Assembly (NCBI GenBank): GCA_043228905.1
Contig: JBHGNT010000009.1
Location: 14,136,001-14,200,000 of the forward strand
Reading direction: 5' to 3'
DNA length: 64,000 nucleotides
From: Azolla caroliniana
Taxonomy: Eukaryota > Plantae > Polypodiophyta
The translations under genes and the position numbers were made by a program. This document shows positions 60,178 to 64,000 of this stretch, in pieces; within the stretch, counting starts at the first letter, position 1, and the number at the start of each line of letters is the position of its first letter. The notes under the pieces were generated by a model. That model was given only the letters and a program-made list of their open reading frames with translations, had not been told where the DNA came from and ran no database searches.

Positions 60178-62620
60178 AGCAGAATCGATACAGTCAAAAA
60201 CTCAATCAATTGCTTTTGACACTACCCATGTAGTTGTCAACAATGCACATCACCTTGTGATCAGTTTTAGCATCTACCACTCTAGTGAAATGTTACTATT
60301 TTAACAGAGTTCTTGAGGACACATAATACAGTAGCCAGATTTCTTTTTGTATCTATCAGCCACGTAGTTCACCAGAACCCATCAAAATCATAATCGATAC
60401 TTTGGAGATGGTTCGCTGTAGCTCTAAAAATACTCACCACATCCGAATAAAATTGGAAATTTCCATATTTCTGCATATTTTATTGTACAACTTCTCTAAT
60501 CAAATTATATGAGACCAGATTGGTTTCGTGTCGATTTTATACATATCAATTTCCTGATCAAATCACACGAGGCCCACGACAAATCAGAAGAACAGAAAAC
60601 AGAGAAACATACTATACTTGCAAAAACAATAGAGAAAAGAGAAGAGAATTTTGAGGGTGTGGGTGGGTGGGTGGGTGTGCATATAGATAGAAATACACAT
60701 ATAAATGTAATCTGTGGATTGCGTTAATCGTTTTCCATTCTGTCACTCTTCTGCTTGTGATTGTGTGATATGCATAATAAAAGTTATGTCTGCGGGCGAC
60801 AATACAAGGACAGAGAGAATATGTATACCTTTTGTTTGTTTCCCTGTATCTTGGACAGAGGAGAGGCTGTATTATTATGTACATATGTATATGTTGTTTG
60901 TTGTGTATGACAGACACAGAGAAAGAGAAAGAGAGAGAGAGAGAGAGAAAGACATATGTACATATATGTATGTATGTACATATGTAATAACACACACATG
61001 TAAACATACATACATATTATACATATACATATGTATTATGTATATGTATTTTATAGACATCCATCCATGGCACAAAATGACTTTTACAACAACCTCGCTC
61101 AACATATACTGATACAAATCATCTTTGTACTCTACTCTACTCTACTCTCTCTCTCTCTTTTTCGTAAATAATGGCTTTCATTATGAAACAAAAAACACCA
61201 CCATGACTAACTTACTACAAAGTATAGAACCCTTCTTCTATCTAGGGATCTAAAGAATACTACGACACCAAACTCTCTCTCTCTCTCCCTCTCTCTCTCT
61301 CTCTCTTTGTGTGTGTGAAATTTAAGAAGTTTGAAATTTCCTTCCCTTCTAACATTTTATTTGTGGAGAGTATAAAGCTTTTCATGTTAATGCATATGTA
61401 TTATGTACACAACGCCAGTCTTTATATGTATGTCATGTTTAGTGTGTAAGGTTGTTTGTTGACAAGAGAGGTAGGTATTTAATTAATAATATTATTATTA
61501 TTATTTTATTTATTTATTATTATTGTTGTTATTTATTTATTTATTCCGATTATTCTTCTTCTTTTATTTACATACTTGTATAACTAGGTAATTATTATTA
61601 TTATTATTTAAAGTTATAATTACTCTTATCAAAATACTACTATTTTAAAATTTATTAGCATTACAATATTTGTTTTATTTATTTATTTATTAAGGTGTCA
61701 CGAGGTCAACCGGACGGCAATGACAACAAAAGCACAATTATGAATATTCTCTTTTCCTTATATTATGAATATACCCTCGTGGAGGGAGGGGTATAAAGCC
61801 CAATTAATTAAAAACAAATTACGTTTTTGGCCCAATTTGGCTCCGGTTGGTTGACGTGGTAGGTTCGACTCACGCCATTCAGAGAATTTACAATATGATG
61901 CTATTTCACGTTCGGAGGCCGGACTTAAAATACGAAAAATCCATCACAATCCTTGTGGTGAATCCTTCGTGGACGTGATGAATTTCTCAAAGACACAGTT
62001 CAGTGATTCGTTATACGTTGATTTCACAAAAAATCTTGTAACTACGAAGCATTCCTTGGTTGATCATGATTGCTTTAAACAAATATTTTTCCAAAATAAT
62101 TGAAGTATAAGTTATATTAAAAAATTTCAAGTAATAATAAGTTCACGAGAGAGTGTAAATACAACAAGAAGATTTCTCGACTCCATTAAATGGAGTGGTA
62201 AAGAATAAAAAGATGGAAAATAGGTAGATTTGAGTATATATGGAGAAAAAAAGAATCATGAATAGAACTTTAGGCGAGAGATCCTCGAGTTTCAGTGCAA
62301 CATATGAATGAATGACGGACACATTGCCTTTTGCCACTGTTGATCTTGTATGCTCCCTTGATTAGCAACTCTTGAGCTTTCTTCCAATTTTAGCAAATCT
62401 TCCATCGTGTCGTTACCCTCTCCACCCATAACAATGAGCTATCATCACTCTTTTATAGTATTTGAGATGCTCTCTCCCATATAAAAATAGTGGGTGCTTT
62501 ATTTATTTTAGCATGCACAAGCCTTTTTACCCGCTTGCACACTCCATGTTTCCTCTAGCACCTGATGCTAGCAAAAAGCTAATCATCAGTAATATTCATC
62601 GTTGCATTCATTCTCCAATG

Positions 62621-62686
62621 GTTCCAATTGAACTCGAACCTTTGGCTTCCCACTCATAACACAAGCTCTTACCACTTGAACTAAGC
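62621..62686 (-). mobile_element. Possible tRNA-derived SINE head / tRNA pseudogene
   Basis: Minus strand GCTTAGTTCAAGTGGTAAGAGC...GGTTCGAGTTC carries A-box- and B-box-like motifs at tRNA spacing. Confidence 0.4.
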
Positions 62687-62811
62687 TTTTTGGAAATATA
62701 ATTAAAACAATATTTTAGTCTCATTAGATATATTAGTCATTGACACCCTCTATGAATATGAATTTATTGAGATGTAGTAGGTGCACTTTCTACATAAAAC
62801 TTCTTATGACG

Positions 62812-64000
62812 TGTTGAGCGAGCAAGCTCAACCGGATCCAGATCGATGTTCGGATGATATTCGAAACAAGGAGCCAGATTGGAGAGCCGGATCGGATTGA
62901 AACCGATAGGCCATTAGAGGCCTAAGGATCCAGGCTAGTACGTAGGCATATATTTGGGAGTTAGTGTCAGTCGCTCGTATGAGCATTGAAGTACCTGTCA
63001 ATACTTCTGTCAGTCCTTTATGGACTTGTATAAAAGTGCTCTCTGAGCACATTCTATGTACAGAATATTGAGAGTATTTTTTGAATAGAGTTTATGTTCT
63101 GCTCCCTCTCTGTCTCTCCTGCACATATTCTCTGTGTTAAGCTTCCATTGAACCTTCCTCTCTAATTGTTGCTATCCGGTAGAGCCGGTTTGTAATACGC
63201 TTCCACACGTTCACATTTACATGGTATCAGAGCGCGAGGGTTGAGAACCTCTGCAGCCGACAGACGCTTCGAAGACAAACCCTAATGCCCGGCAACAACA
63301 GACAGAGAACCGAAATGGACAAAGGTATGACAAGTTCGCTTCCCACAAAAAAGCTCGACCGGAGCAACTATGCATCCTAGTCATATAAAATGCACCAGTA
63401 CTTGTTGGGGCATGGATATTGGAGCTATGTGGAAGGAACCAACGAGGTAGCACTGGAGCCGCCACACAAGGACTTCCTGGCATGCAAGCAAGGAGCGAGC
63501 CGAGTATTGTACTGCCTCATGTCCGGTGTGCATGATCAAATGCTCAGCTACATCAAAGATGCAAAAACGCCAAAGGAGGCCTGGGAAAATCTCCGGAAGA
63601 TTTTCACCGCTAGTAACATAGCACGGAAGTTGCAGTTCCGACATGAGCTCAACAATATCTGACAGAGGGATATGTTCGTGACCGACTACACCACCAAGAT
63701 AAAGGAGATTTGCGACGCACTCGGGTCCATCAACGTGACGGTGGACGAAGACGAGATGGTTCAAATCTGCCTTAGTGGTCTAGCACAACGGTATGGCCAA
63801 TCCGAACGGTGATTTGCACGCGGGAGAAGCCACCATCCTTCTTTGACTTACAATCCATGTTGATGGTTGAAGAAAACCACGCGAGCGGGTCAAGGACCAC
63901 TTAGTCGGACAACCAGATATTGTACATGGAGGTGGATCGACCCCGTGGACATGGAGGACAAGCTGGGTCGGCATGTAATGGAGGTGGCCGGCAAGAGCAG
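62812..64000 (+). mobile_element. Copia element 5' end (LTR 62812-63221, PBS 63222-63233, decayed gag)
   Basis: TGTTGAGCG...TTTACA + TGGTATCAGAGC, then MHQYLLGHGYWSYVEG gag with stops. Confidence 0.9.

Noticed and set aside
60612-61117. Several Cys/Tyr/His-rich ORFs (also 4312-4635)
   Set aside because: Low-complexity (TA/CA/GA)n sequence in intron or upstream DNA.
61690-62750. Possible MITE bounded by GGTGTCA...TGACACC
   Set aside because: The inverted match is only ~7 bp and no convincing TSD was found.

Overview
Land-plant nuclear DNA, probably a fern or other non-seed plant (inferred from gene and TE style only, not verified). Two intron-containing host genes flank a ~43 kb block of nested transposons: a MAP65/Ase1 microtubule-bundling gene (2752-7012, +; first exon lies upstream of the window) and a synaptotagmin SYT4/5-like gene (52564-60177, -). 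The block holds many mostly decayed Ty1/copia LTR elements, a Ty3/gypsy remnant and LINE fragments. The standout is a 9.28 kb DNA transposon at 17490-26769 with 36-bp TIRs and a TCTAT target-site duplication, confirmed against the empty sister LTR. It carries two divergent genes. One is an intact, intronless 926-aa DDD transposase (Sola1/DUF7869-like). The other is a 6-exon, ~974-codon gene fusing a ParB/Srx-like domain to a prokaryote-type beta-class amino (N6A/N4C) DNA methyltransferase; this copy has one early nonsense codon. Intron 1 of the methyltransferase gene holds 11 copies of a 51-bp unit built on a near-perfect 43-bp palindrome. A diverged 1.9 kb deletion derivative (14428-16354) keeps the TIRs, the 3' ends of both genes and decayed palindromes. 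Both copies sit in copia 3' LTRs just downstream of a TATA-like box.
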